A stretch of DNA of 64,000 nt from a bacterium (GTDB lineage Bacteria > Patescibacteriota > Minisyncoccia > UBA6257 > Colwellbacteraceae). This document shows positions 38,465-49,789 of this stretch, piece after piece. A program made the translations under genes and the position numbers. The notes under the pieces are model-generated. The model was not told where the DNA came from. It ran no database searches and saw only the letters and a program-made list of their open reading frames with translations. The stretch is from the NCBI GenBank assembly GCA_021787205.1, contig JAJYME010000006.1, forward strand, positions 15,644 through 79,643, read 5' to 3'. How positions within the stretch are numbered: the stretch's first letter is position 1; each line of letters begins with the position of its first letter.

Positions 38465-39289
38465 TTATTTTCTTAACGAGTAGGTTCCGCGACCGGTCAG
38501 AACGAAGCGATCATCTTTGATGAGTTCGTTGTGGACGGTGGGAGCATGCGATCCGATCGCTTTTGCGATGTCGGAGAAATGCATGGGGACGCCGACTTTT
38601 TTAAGCAGAAGATAAGCCTTGGCGCGAACGGTTTTGGGATTGATCTCTTCCCATTCCGTAAGGCCGATATCGCCATAAGGTCCGACTCCGATCTTTTTGG
38701 AGACGGAAAGGTATGAAACGGCGACGTGCTCGTTGATCGAATGCTTCTTGATGATTTCCTTTAAGATTTCATTAAACTCCTCAGAATTCGTGATTCTGGA
38801 AATTATGTCATCGTGGAGCCTGCCCATTTTTTCTTTCGCCTCGTCAGAGTCATACCAGAAGTTGTGGTAGATCTCGTTGTTTTCCGAAAGAATCGGATAT
38901 TTGATGAGTTTTAAGACAAAATGGATGCGGTTTCCGAAAGTTGAAAGATTATCTTCCGATTTCATTAAGTTATAAAAATCGGAAATAAGATAGTTATCAA
39001 GCCTTACTCCACCGACATTTTCGATGTATCTCTTGAGAAATTCGTGAATTACATTGATTTCTTCGATTGAAAAGATGTCATCCCTAATCTCAGTCATTGC
39101 CTGACTTTCAATTTGACGGACGCGCTCTCTCGTTATTTTAAAACGATTGCCAAGTTCCTGAAGAGTGGTCTGCCTGAATGAATCAACCCCGAAACGGCCT
39201 CTGATGATAGCCTGGGTGCGTTCATCCAAATTAGACCTCTCAATGAGATGATCAATGGTTTTGTTAATTTTTATCTGATCAAGGGTCAT
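38465..39289 (-). CDS. Sigma70 region-4 HTH plus C-terminal winged-HTH protein
   Basis: TLQELGNRFKITRERVRQIE; PMHFSDIA..TVHNELIKDDRFVLTGRGTY. Confidence 0.8.
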   Translation of the reverse strand: MTLDQIKINKTIDHLIERSNLDERTQAIIRGRFGVDSFRQTTLQELGNRFKITRERVRQIESQAMTEIRDDIFSIEEINVIHEFLKRYIENVGGVRLDNYLISDFYNLMKSEDNLSTFGNRIHFVLKLIKYPILSENNEIYHNFWYDSDEAKEKMGRLHDDIISRITNSEEFNEILKEIIKKHSINEHVAVSYLSVSKKIGVGPYGDIGLTEWEEINPKTVRAKAYLLLKKVGVPMHFSDIAKAIGSHAPTVHNELIKDDRFVLTGRGTYSLRK

Positions 39290-39301
39290 TTTTGAGGTAG
39301 T

Positions 39302-40210
39302 TTACAATTTTTTTCTTTTTATGTCAAGCTGGTAGGCTGCGACAAGGAGCGGGCTTGCCAGGAAGATCGAGGAATAAGTCCCGAAAAACATCCCTACAAG
39401 CATCACTATAGCGAAATAATGGACTGAAATCGGCCCAAAAACGGCTATTGCCAAGAGCGCTAACATAATTGAAAGACTGGTATTCAAGGAACGCATCACG
39501 ACCTCATTAAGGCTTCTATTGACGATTCCAGGCATATCTACCCCCTTTTCCCTATGACCGGCAAGGTTCTCCCTGATCCTGTCGAAGACAACGATCGTGT
39601 CTTGAGCTGAGAATCCGGCGATGGTCAGCAAGGCGACGATGAAATTGGTATCTATTGTCATTCCGCTGAAACGGCCAAGGACGGCGGCGGCGCCGGCAGC
39701 AATGACGACATCATGCGCCAAGGCCACAATAGTGATTATTCCGTATTTCCAGGATGGAACCGGGTAAGAGACTGCTTTGAAAGTAATGGTGATATAAATC
39801 GCCATGACTGCGAGGACAGCCACTATCAACATCATCGACTTGTTTTTGAGCTCATTCGAAATGGAGGGAGTGGTAAGCCCGAAGTCGAGCTCTTTGAAAT
39901 TGCCAAACTTTGCTTTCAAAGAATCGGCGTATTGAGCTTTTTGCTCATCGGTCATCATCGGCATCACGATAGAATAAGAGTTGCTGGCAGAATCATAAGA
40001 GACAATCGGATCTTCGATTTTCAAGTCGTTCTTCAGATAAGCGCTAAGATCCCTTTCCGAAGCCGGAACTTCGATCTGCCATGATGAACCGCTCTTAAAA
40101 TCGATTCCGGGCTTAAGGCCGAAGATGGCGAGGGCGGCGATAGAGACGCTTACAAAGATAACGGATAAAAGGATAAATATGGTTTTATGTTTGATAAACT
40201 GAAATTTCAT
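39302..40210 (-). CDS. secF: Protein translocase SecF
   Basis: GIDFKSG, DTIVVFDRIREN, RSLNTS, GTYSSIF. Confidence 0.95.
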   Translation of the reverse strand: MKFQFIKHKTIFILLSVIFVSVSIAALAIFGLKPGIDFKSGSSWQIEVPASERDLSAYLKNDLKIEDPIVSYDSASNSYSIVMPMMTDEQKAQYADSLKAKFGNFKELDFGLTTPSISNELKNKSMMLIVAVLAVMAIYITITFKAVSYPVPSWKYGIITIVALAHDVVIAAGAAAVLGRFSGMTIDTNFIVALLTIAGFSAQDTIVVFDRIRENLAGHREKGVDMPGIVNRSLNEVVMRSLNTSLSIMLALLAIAVFGPISVHYFAIVMLVGMFFGTYSSIFLASPLLVAAYQLDIKRKKL

Positions 40211-40221
40211 GGTTTTTATTC

Positions 40222-41526
40222 TTATTTTGAAGCGACTCTTGTTTTCCTTCTATAAATCGTTCGCAGAATATTCCTGGTGACGGTATAGGTCAGGATTAAG
40301 TTGATGGCCATGCCGACGAGCAAGGTGAGGGCAAATCCCTTCACGAAGCTTGAGGAGAAGAAATAAAGCATCAAGGCGATAATCATCGTGCTGACGTTTG
40401 AATCTCTTATCGAAACCCAAGCGTGTCTGAAGCCGTTCTCGATGGCGGCATATCTTGAGGCCCCTTTCTTTTCTTCTTCCTTAGCTCTTTCAAAAATCAG
40501 GATGCTAGCATCAACCGCCGAGCCGATAGAAAGGATGAATCCGGTGATTCCGGCCAATGACATGGTGAATCCCGGTGTGATCTTGAATATGGCAAGGGTG
40601 GTTATTATGTAAAATATCAAGGCTAAAGCGGAAGCGATTCCTGAGACGCCGTACATGATGACCATGAAGACGATGATAAGAATCGTGCCGACGCATCCAG
40701 CGATCATTATTTTAAGCAAAGAATCGGACGCTGCTGTGGCATTGACGGTTCTGCGGGATTCGAGTGAAATCGGGGCGCCAAGGGCTCCGGCGTTGAATCT
40801 CTCCGCCAGCTGTTTGGCTGACTCGATCGTTATTCCCTGTCCCGAGATTTGGGCTTTTCCGCCAGCAATTTTCTCATTGACGATGGGAGCGCTGATTATA
40901 TTGTCATCCAAAAAGATCGCCAGCGGCTTTCCGACATTTCTTTCGGTAAGCTTTTCAAAAATCTTTGCCCCCTCTTCATTGAACTCGATATTGACTTGAG
41001 GTGATGAGAATCCTTGGTTGGCATAACCCCAGGTGGCTGATTTTACATATCTTCCGGTGAGCTCGGTCGGAGCGCAAGCCAGGAGATCTCCCTGATTAGT
41101 CTTTAATGTCTGACAGTTTTCACGGAACTCAAGCGTGGGCGTGTCTCCGATTTCTTTTACTGCTTTCTCGACATCTTTGATTCCGGCCAACTCAACCAGG
41201 ATCTGTCTTTGGTTTCCCTTCTCAATTATGCGGACTCTCGGTTCGGAAACTCCGTAAAGATTAACACGTTTTTCAATGACATCTTTCAAACCGTTAGTCA
41301 CCGCTGCATAATCCTGCGGCTTTACGTTTGAGAGATCGACGTTATAAACCAGTGACGATCCTCCGACTAGATCCAAACCAAGTTTCCAATTGGAATACCG
41401 GTTGAAAAATAAATCTGGAGACTTTTGATTGCCGTAAAGGATTTCTCCCGGTTTTGGCAAAACGAACGTCGCGCCTAAAAGGAATACTAGCAAGGCGGTG
41501 ATTAGAAATAACGCTTTGTGTTTCAT
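40222..41526 (-). CDS. secD: Protein translocase SecD
   Basis: LGLDLVGG, GVSEP, AVDASILIFER, DSNVST. Confidence 0.95.
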   Translation of the reverse strand: MKHKALFLITALLVFLLGATFVLPKPGEILYGNQKSPDLFFNRYSNWKLGLDLVGGSSLVYNVDLSNVKPQDYAAVTNGLKDVIEKRVNLYGVSEPRVRIIEKGNQRQILVELAGIKDVEKAVKEIGDTPTLEFRENCQTLKTNQGDLLACAPTELTGRYVKSATWGYANQGFSSPQVNIEFNEEGAKIFEKLTERNVGKPLAIFLDDNIISAPIVNEKIAGGKAQISGQGITIESAKQLAERFNAGALGAPISLESRRTVNATAASDSLLKIMIAGCVGTILIIVFMVIMYGVSGIASALALIFYIITTLAIFKITPGFTMSLAGITGFILSIGSAVDASILIFERAKEEEKKGASRYAAIENGFRHAWVSIRDSNVSTMIIALMLYFFSSSFVKGFALTLLVGMAINLILTYTVTRNILRTIYRRKTRVASK

Positions 41527-41674
41527 TGTTGTATTTGACTTTAACTGTACTAATATTGCAATTATTTTGAGGTTTTAGCAAGCCCCGAAAATCGCCGTAT
41601 TTATTGTCAGAATTGACGAAAAAAAGAGCCAAAAAATAAAAACATCACAATGAGATGTGATGTTTGTTGTCTTG

Positions 41675-41746
41675 TCCGCTCGGGAGGGCTCGAACCTCCA
41701 ACTTACTGCTTAAAAGGCAGCTACTCTACCATTGAGTTACGAGCGG
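41675..41746 (-). tRNA. tRNA-Lys(TTT), CCA not encoded
   Basis: CCGCTCG/CGAGCGG acceptor, anticodon loop CTTTTAA, GTTCGAG T-loop. Confidence 0.92.
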
Positions 41747-41806
41747 ATAAGAGCCGGCGCTTTTAAGGGCGCGGCGCTTACACAATATTGTCCCTATATA
41801 ATACTA

Positions 41807-42868
41807 CTATATTTCGCTTCTTTCAAGTAATTCCTTCAATTGCTTATCCGGTTTCTTGGGAGATTTGATATCAAAAAGGATGAACAAGTCTGCCGAAGGC
41901 ACAACCCCCTCGCCCTTGACCTTCACCTCTTTTCTCAGGCTGTCTCCTGGCTCTACGGCCACCGAAACGGTTTTCCCTGAGATAGTCTTGATGTCTATCT
42001 TGTTGCCAAGAACGAAGTCCTTGAGAGAGATCTCCTTGCTCATCACGAGATCGTCTCCCCTTCGCGTAAATACCTTGTGAGGGGCCATCTTGATCCTGAT
42101 ATAAAGATCACCGGGTCTGCCACCGTGTCTCGCTGCCTCCCCCTCTCCGGCAAACCTGATGACATTGCCGTCATTGACGCCCTTCGGAAGCTTTATCTCG
42201 ACCGTCTTCTCGCTCATGATCCTTCCCTCTCCGGAACACTTCTTGCAATTCTCATTCGGTATCTCGCCTCTGCCATTGCAGGTCTTGCAGGTAACAACCG
42301 TTTGGAAGGCTCCCAATATGGTTCTTTTGACCTCTTTTACCCTTCCGTCACCATTGCAGACAGCGCACTTTTTCACTCCCTTCTCCTTGTTGTAGCCACT
42401 GCCGGAACACTCCGGACACTTTACCTTGGTCCTGAAACTTATCGGAATCTTCCTCTCTTCCCTCACATCCTCAAGCTGGACAGTGACAGAAACCTCGACG
42501 TCATTTCCTCTTTCTTCTCTCGGCGCTCCGCCGGCCGCTGAAAAAACCGTTTCAAATATATCGCCCAAGTCACCGAATCCCCCTTGGAATCCTCCTTGGA
42601 ATCCGCCGAAGTTGGAAAAATCAAAAGACGAAGGATCGAATCCTCCGAATCCGCCCGCATTTCCGTCCGCTGTTCCGAAACGGTCATACTGGGCTCGCTT
42701 TTGCTTATCTGACAAGACCTGGTAAGCCTCGTTTATCTCCTTGAATTTTTCGGCATTTCCAGTTGGCTTGTCGGGATGATACTCATGGGCTTTCTTTCTA
42801 TAAGCCTTCTTTATTTCATCATCCGACGCCCCTTTTTCAACGCCTAAGACCGAATAGTAATCTTTCAT
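41807..42868 (-). CDS. dnaJ: Chaperone DnaJ
   Basis: HPD motif, G/F region, four CxxCxGxG repeats. Confidence 0.97.
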   Translation of the reverse strand: MKDYYSVLGVEKGASDDEIKKAYRKKAHEYHPDKPTGNAEKFKEINEAYQVLSDKQKRAQYDRFGTADGNAGGFGGFDPSSFDFSNFGGFQGGFQGGFGDLGDIFETVFSAAGGAPREERGNDVEVSVTVQLEDVREERKIPISFRTKVKCPECSGSGYNKEKGVKKCAVCNGDGRVKEVKRTILGAFQTVVTCKTCNGRGEIPNENCKKCSGEGRIMSEKTVEIKLPKGVNDGNVIRFAGEGEAARHGGRPGDLYIRIKMAPHKVFTRRGDDLVMSKEISLKDFVLGNKIDIKTISGKTVSVAVEPGDSLRKEVKVKGEGVVPSADLFILFDIKSPKKPDKQLKELLERSEI

Positions 42869-42943
42869 CAGCTAATTAATAATTTCAATAAAGAAATCTT
42901 ATTTGCAAACTAGGCAAAAATCAACCCTATGATTCTTTCCGTC

Positions 42944-43924
42944 TTAAAGATTAATCACCTCCTTATCTCTGGGCTCATAAGTCCTTTTGACAAACTTGGA
43001 TATGACAAGCAATTCGAAAATAGCCGTACCCAGCACCGTTACCGCAAAAGCGATCAAGGGACTGATGGTTGAGATGGTTAAGAATACCAGGACCGCCAAG
43101 CCGATTGAAATATAAGTAGGATCGATCTGCTTCAAAAATTCGGAGATCTTAGTCTTAGTCACATCTTCAATTTCAGAAACCACCGTCTTATCTCCCTCGA
43201 TCTTGACTCCATAACTCTCCTCGACTTGTTTGATTGACTTCATCACCGCTTTTTCCAAAGTGTCGTTCTTGATCTTTTCGGAAAGATTGTCGAATCCGGT
43301 TATCGTCTTTCTCGCTGTCTCCAAGGCGGCATTCTCAAAAAAATCCCCAACCTTCGTTTGGGCGGTAAAAGACGGATAGTAAAACCTAAGCACGCTAACG
43401 GATGTCTTGCCGGCCGTCTGGGACAGATAGTCGGCAATCCTCCCCGCTGGATTTGATCCAAACCCGTAAAACAAGGCTAAGAAAAGGGCCAAGCCGGTCA
43501 CTGATTTTCCAACTACCGACTTTGCCACATCGTTAAAGTTTATCTTGATCGTATTCTCAGCTGAGTTGTTTCCCGCCATCTGGCCAAGAAAAAAGAAAAT
43601 TGAGGAAACGATAAAAGTTCCGAACATGACGGAATACCCAAGGCCCTGGTCAACATAATAGGCCACCCCGCAAAGCGTTATCGAATACGCTACTGAAACC
43701 AGGAGCATCCTCGTCCATCCGAGGTCAAACATTGATTGGATGACAAGAAGCACCAAAAAGATCATCGAACCGATCAATGTCTGGAGATAATTCCCGCTGA
43801 CAAAAGAAAAAGCCGCAAAGCCCGCCATAATGGCGGTTGCGGCTATGAAAAACAGGCTCTTAATTAGAATTCGTAGATTCTGAACCACTATCCTCTCGGG
43901 TTTGTTCTCCTCTACCGGGCTCAT
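42944..43924 (-). CDS. Hypothetical multi-pass membrane protein
   Basis: Several TM segments; between dnaK and dnaJ; start uncertain, overlaps dnaK end. Confidence 0.7.
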   Translation of the reverse strand: MSPVEENKPERIVVQNLRILIKSLFFIAATAIMAGFAAFSFVSGNYLQTLIGSMIFLVLLVIQSMFDLGWTRMLLVSVAYSITLCGVAYYVDQGLGYSVMFGTFIVSSIFFFLGQMAGNNSAENTIKINFNDVAKSVVGKSVTGLALFLALFYGFGSNPAGRIADYLSQTAGKTSVSVLRFYYPSFTAQTKVGDFFENAALETARKTITGFDNLSEKIKNDTLEKAVMKSIKQVEESYGVKIEGDKTVVSEIEDVTKTKISEFLKQIDPTYISIGLAVLVFLTISTISPLIAFAVTVLGTAIFELLVISKFVKRTYEPRDKEVINL

Positions 43925-45752
43925 TTGTATTTGCATTGGCGTTGTCTTTATTGTACATAATTTCGCCAATCTTTTGAAGCTCGGTCGACAATGCTTCGAA
44001 TTTCGATTCTATGTTTTTTTCGTCATCGCCCTTCAAGGCGTCACGAAGATCGGTAATCTTGTTTTCGATGGAAACCCTAAGCTCAGAAGACACTTTTTCT
44101 CCGGCGTCCTTAAGGGACTTCTCGGCGGTATAGATCAGGTTTTCTGCCATATTTCTCTTTTCTGCCAGATCTCTGATCTTCTTGTCGGCTTCGGCCGCTT
44201 CGGCCGCCTCCTTCTTCAAGCGCTCGATTTCATCCTTGGACAATGAGGTTTTGGCCTCGATCCTGACTGATTGTGACTTTCCGGTCGCCTTATCGGCGGC
44301 TTTGACGTTCAAAATTCCGTTGGCGTCAATGTCAAAAGTGACTTCGACTTGCGGGACTCCTCTCGGTGATGGCGGGATTCCCTCTAGGACGAACTTGGCC
44401 AAGGTTTTGTTATCGGCAGCTCTCGCTCTCTCTCCCTGGGTAATATGGATTTCAACTGACGTCTGGTTGTCCGAGGCGGTGGAGAATATTTGCGACTTCG
44501 CAAAAGGAATGGTCGTATTCTTCTCAATCATCGGAGTGGCGATCCCACCCATTGTTTCAATCGAAAGGGTCAAAGGAGTGACATCGAGCAACAAGACGTC
44601 TTTGACATCTCCTTGGAAGATTCCTCCCTGGACAGCTGCTCCTAAAGCGACAACTTCGTCAGGATTGATTCCCCTGTGGGGATCCTTTCCAAAAATGCTT
44701 TTGACGGATTCCTGGATGGCTGGCATCCTGGTCTGTCCTCCGACCAAAATGACTTCGTCGATATCCGAGATCTGAAGCCCGGCTTCCTTGACGGTCGCCT
44801 TAGTCAGCTCTCCGGCTCTTCCGATCAGATCCGCAACAAGCTCCTCGAGCTTGGAACGGGTAATTTTCATCTCCAAGTGTTTCGGACCTTCAGCGATATA
44901 AGGAAGATTGACGGTGGTCTCGACAGCGGACGAAAGTTCATGCTTGGCGCGCTCGACCGCTTCCTTCAAACGTTGTAAAGCGAGTGAATCCTTGGAAAGG
45001 TCGACTCCTTCGGTCCTTTTATATTCGGCAATGACGTATTCCTGGAGTTTTGTATCCAAGTCGTCTCCACCCAAATGGGTGTCGCCTCCGGTTGAAAGGA
45101 CTTTGACATCTCCTCCCAATGAATCGAAATCGACTTCCAAGACGGAAACGTCAAAAGTTCCTCCTCCAAAATCATAAACGACGATTTGTTCGTTCTTTTG
45201 CTTGTTCAATCCGTAAGCTAAAGCGGCAGCCGTCGGTTCGTTGATGATTCTTTTGACGGTCAATCCGGCGATTTCTCCGGCGTTCTTAGTCGCTTGTCTT
45301 TGGGCATCGTCAAAGTAGGCCGGGACGGTAATGACCGCTTCGGTGACTTTCTCGCCCAAGCGCATCTCGGCATCCGCCTTAAGCTTGGCCAAGACCATGG
45401 CGGAAATTTCTTCCGGAGCATGCCATTTGTCTCCTAACTTTATCTCGACACCGCCGTTTGCCGACTCTCTGATGTCATATGGCAACAAGGCTTTGTCCTT
45501 CTGGACTTCCGCGTCGGTCCATTTGCGTCCGATAAGACGCTTGACCGAAAACAGAGTATCCTTCGGGTTGGTGACCGCTTGGCGTTTAGCCAAAAGGCCG
45601 ACCAGTCTCTCATTTGTTTTTGAAAGCGCGACGATGGAAGGAGTTGTTCTCGCTCCCTCGGCGTTTTCAATAATAGCTGGTGATCCATCGGATCCGACAA
45701 CCGCCACGGCGGAATTAGTCGTTCCAAGATCGATTCCTATTACTTTTCCCAT
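43860..45752 (-). CDS. dnaK: Chaperone DnaK
   Basis: [23 protein letters not shown]. Confidence 0.99.
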   Translation of the reverse strand: MGKVIGIDLGTTNSAVAVVGSDGSPAIIENAEGARTTPSIVALSKTNERLVGLLAKRQAVTNPKDTLFSVKRLIGRKWTDAEVQKDKALLPYDIRESANGGVEIKLGDKWHAPEEISAMVLAKLKADAEMRLGEKVTEAVITVPAYFDDAQRQATKNAGEIAGLTVKRIINEPTAAALAYGLNKQKNEQIVVYDFGGGTFDVSVLEVDFDSLGGDVKVLSTGGDTHLGGDDLDTKLQEYVIAEYKRTEGVDLSKDSLALQRLKEAVERAKHELSSAVETTVNLPYIAEGPKHLEMKITRSKLEELVADLIGRAGELTKATVKEAGLQISDIDEVILVGGQTRMPAIQESVKSIFGKDPHRGINPDEVVALGAAVQGGIFQGDVKDVLLLDVTPLTLSIETMGGIATPMIEKNTTIPFAKSQIFSTASDNQTSVEIHITQGERARAADNKTLAKFVLEGIPPSPRGVPQVEVTFDIDANGILNVKAADKATGKSQSVRIEAKTSLSKDEIERLKKEAAEAAEADKKIRDLAEKRNMAENLIYTAEKSLKDAGEKVSSELRVSIENKITDLRDALKGDDEKNIESKFEALSTELQKIGEIMYNKDNANANTNEPGRGEQTREDSGSESTNSN

Positions 45753-45805
45753 AGTTACATATAATAATGAATTTATTTACAAAATTAAAGAGCTTGAAAA
45801 TAAAC

Positions 45806-45935
45806 AAAATAAGCATCACTCTCGCAGCGTTGTCTGCAATATTTTGGCACGGTCGGCATAAAATGCCGCAAAATACGAAGCCATTCAAGCAAATCGCTGG
45901 ATTTGCTTGATCAGCGAGAGAGTGATGCTTATTTT
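45806..45935 (+). repeat. Structured dispersed element, copy C
   Basis: Perfect 18-bp outer stem aaaataagcatcactctc/gagagtgatgcttatttt; same inner architecture as A and B. Confidence 0.85.
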
Positions 45936-45944
45936 TGTATATTT

Positions 45945-46466
45945 CTAATTTTCTTTTCCTTTGGAAACGACGACTCTTGCGGGACGAATTAACTTTCCGT
46001 CAAGCATATAACCGCGCTCGATTTCATCAACGACGGTATTCTCCGGCAAATCAGAGGGGACGGAAGCGATCGCTTCATGCAATTCAGGATTGAACTGGTC
46101 TCCTTTTGTCGAATTGATTTTTTCCAAGCCCTTTTTCTTAAGAGCGTCCTCAAGCTGGGTCTTGATCATCTGGACCCCCTTCAACAATTCAGGATCGGCG
46201 TTCTTCGATAAGGAAATCAGCGACAAATCGAAACTGTCGAGGACGGGTATCAATCCGCCGATGAAATCATAGGCATTCATGCGAGAGAAATCCCTCAGCC
46301 TGTTTGATTCCTCGTTCTTGTAATTGATGAACTCCGCCTTTGCCCTCTTCCATCCGTCGAGGTACTCATCCTTCTCTTTCATCAAAGCTTCAAGCTCTGT
46401 TTTCTTTATCGAGACCACCTCTTCATTATTTTGTTCCGATGTGGTTTCTTTGTTCTCTTCCTCCAT
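45945..46466 (-). CDS. grpE: Nucleotide exchange factor GrpE
   Basis: RAKAEFINYK, FNPELHEA, GY..LIRPARVVV. Confidence 0.96.
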   Translation of the reverse strand: MEEENKETTSEQNNEEVVSIKKTELEALMKEKDEYLDGWKRAKAEFINYKNEESNRLRDFSRMNAYDFIGGLIPVLDSFDLSLISLSKNADPELLKGVQMIKTQLEDALKKKGLEKINSTKGDQFNPELHEAIASVPSDLPENTVVDEIERGYMLDGKLIRPARVVVSKGKEN

Positions 46467-46549
46467 AGTTTTTATTGTTTGGTTTTAATACGCCTATTCT
46501 AACCAATAAAAAAAGAAAAGTCATCCCTTTTTCGGGATGACTGGTTCGG

Positions 46550-46822
46550 CTAGGCGCCGCAGGAAAGATCTTCCAAACTGATCCTTCTCCTTGCATTCTC
46601 TTTCTTTCTGTTCATGACGGTGGCTTTGATTTCCTCCTTCGCCAGCTCGGCTTCCAGTCTCTCCTTAACACCAGGCGCTTGCGATTGTGGCAGCGTCAGC
46701 TGGTGTCTGAGATCCGCAATCCTCTGTTCTATCTTGCCGGCGGCCCTGAGCAGCCTTGCATAATACATGGCGCTATAAAAGGCGTTATACCCTTCTCCTC
46801 CCTGAGTCGGGACTTTCTGCAT
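46550..46822 (-). CDS. Orphan hypothetical coiled-coil protein (90 aa)
   Basis: ATG 46822 after GGGGGTG; own promoter and terminator. Confidence 0.6.
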   Translation of the reverse strand: MQKVPTQGGEGYNAFYSAMYYARLLRAAGKIEQRIADLRHQLTLPQSQAPGVKERLEAELAKEEIKATVMNRKKENARRRISLEDLSCGA

Positions 46823-46961
46823 GCGAACACCCCCATTCACAAAACCAATTGGATCTGCTTTCAAATTACAACTTTTCAGGTCTCTAGTCAATTATTTCTC
46901 CACCGAAAATCCACATCTTCTTCACTTTGCCGCCAAGTCAAAACCTGGTTATAATCAACTT

Positions 46962-48422
46962 ATGCTAAAGATCCTAAATACCCTTTCGGGAGGAAAAGAA
47001 GAGTTTAAACCGATATCCGATAAAGTTGTTGGGATCTATTCCTGCGGACCGACAGTCTATGGCAGGGCCCATATCGGCAACATGCGCTCTTATGTTTTTG
47101 CCGATATTTTGCACAAAACGCTTGAATACCTCGGCTATAGGGTTGAGCACGTGATCAACATTACCGATGTCGGACATTTGGTCAGCGACGAAAACGAAGG
47201 CGAGGATAAGATGGAGAAAGGCGCCAGACTGGCGGGCAAATCGCCGTTTGATATCGCAAGGGAATACGAGAACCTCTTTTGGAACGATCTTCGCGAGCTT
47301 AATATCGAGAAGGATGAGTTTTGGAAGACTCCTAGGGCGACCGAACACATCAAAGAACAACTGGGGATGATCAAAACCCTGACCGAGAAGGGCTTCACCT
47401 ACGAAACCTCGGATGGGATTTATTTTGACACTTCCAAATTCAAGGATTACGGCAAGCTCTCGAAACAGAACCTGGAAGAAAAGTTGTCCGGCGCCAGAGT
47501 TGAGGCGAAGGGTGAAAAAAAGAACCCGACCGACTTCGCCCTTTGGAAGTTCTGCGTCGGGGAAAATTCCGACCATATCATGAGGTGGGACTTTGAGGCT
47601 AATGATTTGCACGAAGCGCCCCGTCTATCAGAAGAGGAAAATCGAGCGAAAAAGATCGGTTTTCCGGGATGGCATATCGAATGTTCGGCTATGAGCACCA
47701 AGTACCTGGGCGAAAGGTTTGATATCCACACTGGCGGCATCGACCACATCCCCGTCCATCATGAGAACGAAATCGCCCAATCCGAAGCCGTTTTTGGCCA
47801 CCCCTTCGTCAATTATTGGATGCATAACGAATTTGTCCTGGTCGATAATGGCAAGATGTCCAAGTCCTTGGGAAACGTTTACACTTTGGACGATCTTAAG
47901 GAAAAGTTTGACGTCTCGCCTCTCGCCTTCCGTTATCTCTGCCTTCTTACCCATTATCGCACTCCCCTGAACTTCACCAAGGAAGCAATCGAAGCCGCCG
48001 GAATCGGACTGTTCAATCTCAGACATCAAGTCCTCTTGTTGGCCAATGAGGATGGCGTTAATGACCTTCACCTGGAAGCTGTCAAAAAATACCAAAAAGA
48101 ATTTGCCGACAATATTGAGAATGATCTCAATACCGCCGAAGCTCTGGGAACCTTATACGGAGCCCTGGCTGACAATACCCTTTCCGCCAAAGAAAAACTG
48201 TCTCTTTGCGTCGAATTCGATAAGGTCCTCGATCTTGACCCGACCAACCTTATAAAATCTGCTGATGACCCCAAAGTCACGACCTTGATGCAGCAGAGAG
48301 AGGAATACCGAAAATCAAGGCAGTTTGACAAAGCGGATGAAATGAGGCTTGAGCTTGAAAAAATGGGCTATATAGTAGAAGATACAGCCAAAGGGACGAT
48401 AGTATATAAAAGAATGGAATAA
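46962..48422 (+). CDS. cysS: Cysteine--tRNA ligase
   Basis: CGPTVY, HIGN, PGWHIECS, KMSKS; start moved to ATG 46962. Confidence 0.97.
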   Translation: MLKILNTLSGGKEEFKPISDKVVGIYSCGPTVYGRAHIGNMRSYVFADILHKTLEYLGYRVEHVINITDVGHLVSDENEGEDKMEKGARLAGKSPFDIAREYENLFWNDLRELNIEKDEFWKTPRATEHIKEQLGMIKTLTEKGFTYETSDGIYFDTSKFKDYGKLSKQNLEEKLSGARVEAKGEKKNPTDFALWKFCVGENSDHIMRWDFEANDLHEAPRLSEEENRAKKIGFPGWHIECSAMSTKYLGERFDIHTGGIDHIPVHHENEIAQSEAVFGHPFVNYWMHNEFVLVDNGKMSKSLGNVYTLDDLKEKFDVSPLAFRYLCLLTHYRTPLNFTKEAIEAAGIGLFNLRHQVLLLANEDGVNDLHLEAVKKYQKEFADNIENDLNTAEALGTLYGALADNTLSAKEKLSLCVEFDKVLDLDPTNLIKSADDPKVTTLMQQREEYRKSRQFDKADEMRLELEKMGYIVEDTAKGTIVYKRME

Positions 48423-49789
48423 TGAATACAAACGATCTGCGTGTTCCTCCGCAAGACATTGAGGCAGAACAATCTGTTTTAGGCGCCATCATGACCGAAC
48501 CCGACGCCATAAGTCAGATTGCCGATACCTTAGCCGAGGAAGATTTTTATGACAGACGACACGGGATAATCTATGGCGCGATGCTTAAGCTTTGGGAAAG
48601 CCGCTCTCCGATAGACATCCTGACCGTCTCCTCCGAACTTAAGAAGGGAGACTTGATCAACTCCATCGGCGGCACCACCTACTTGGCCGATTTGGTCAAT
48701 ATGGTGCCCTCGGCTGCCCACATCGCCCACTATGCCTCTATCGTCAAAGAGAAAAGGATCTTGAGGGAACTCATCTCCACTTCGAGCTCGATTACCGAGA
48801 GCGCCATGGACCAGTCCGACGATTTGGAAATCCTGCTTGATACTATCGAGCAAAAAGTCTTTTCCATCACCAACCAATCTGCCACCAGAAAATTTGTCTA
48901 CGTTCCTGATGAAATCCCGAAGGCTATCGAAAGAATGGAGAAGATGGGACAGCACGACGGCAGCATGCGCGGCGTCCCGACCGGATTCCATAAGCTCGAC
49001 AATCTCCTCTCCGGTTTCCAAAAATCAGATCTGATCATTCTTGGAGCCAGACCGTCATTCGGTAAGACCTCCTTGGCGCTAGACATTGCAAGACACGTCG
49101 GCACCAAAGCCGGCAAGGGAGTTGGCATCTTCTCTCTCGAAATGAGCCGCGACCAAATCATTGACCGCATGATCTCAGCCGAATCGAAAGTCAGCCTTTG
49201 GAAGCTCCGCACCGGCAATGTCAAAGACCCGGTCGAGTTCGAACTTTTGCAAGGCGCTTTAGACAAGCTTTCCCGAGCCCCGATTTATATCGATGATACC
49301 CCCTCTCCAAATATTTTGGAGATCCGCAGGATGGCTAGAAGGCTGCAGGCCGAACAAAAAGACCTGGCTCTGATCGTCATCGACTATCTCCAGCTCATCA
49401 TGCCCCGCAAGAACTCTGACAACCCGGTCCAGCAAATCACCGAAATCTCCAGAGGTTTGAAATCGATTGCTCGTGAGGTCAATGTTCCGATCCTGGCTCT
49501 GTCTCAGCTTTCTCGCGGTGTCGAACAAAGAGACAATAAGGTTCCCAAGCTTTCTGACTTGAGAGACTCCGGATCAATTGAACAGGATGCGGACGTTGTC
49601 ATGTTCTTGCATCCGGCCTGGAAGTACAATTCATCGGTTGACACCCCTGAAGAGGAGTACATCACCGAAATCCACGTTGCCAAGCACAGAAACGGCCCCT
49701 TGGGCGTTATCCCGCTGAAGTTTGACCGCGATTCCGCCAGCTTCCAAAATATCGACAATACTTACGATGAAGACTCCCAATTCAATTAG
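48422..49789 (+). CDS. dnaB: Replicative DNA helicase
   Basis: ARPSFGKT, IDYLQL, LSQLSR, DLRDSGSIEQDAD. Confidence 0.98.
   Translation: MNTNDLRVPPQDIEAEQSVLGAIMTEPDAISQIADTLAEEDFYDRRHGIIYGAMLKLWESRSPIDILTVSSELKKGDLINSIGGTTYLADLVNMVPSAAHIAHYASIVKEKRILRELISTSSSITESAMDQSDDLEILLDTIEQKVFSITNQSATRKFVYVPDEIPKAIERMEKMGQHDGSMRGVPTGFHKLDNLLSGFQKSDLIILGARPSFGKTSLALDIARHVGTKAGKGVGIFSLEMSRDQIIDRMISAESKVSLWKLRTGNVKDPVEFELLQGALDKLSRAPIYIDDTPSPNILEIRRMARRLQAEQKDLALIVIDYLQLIMPRKNSDNPVQQITEISRGLKSIAREVNVPILALSQLSRGVEQRDNKVPKLSDLRDSGSIEQDADVVMFLHPAWKYNSSVDTPEEEYITEIHVAKHRNGPLGVIPLKFDRDSASFQNIDNTYDEDSQFN

Noticed and set aside
46467-46550. CIRCE/hrcA control of grpE-dnaK
   Set aside because: No TTAGCACTC-N9-GAGTGCTAA and no hrcA in the window
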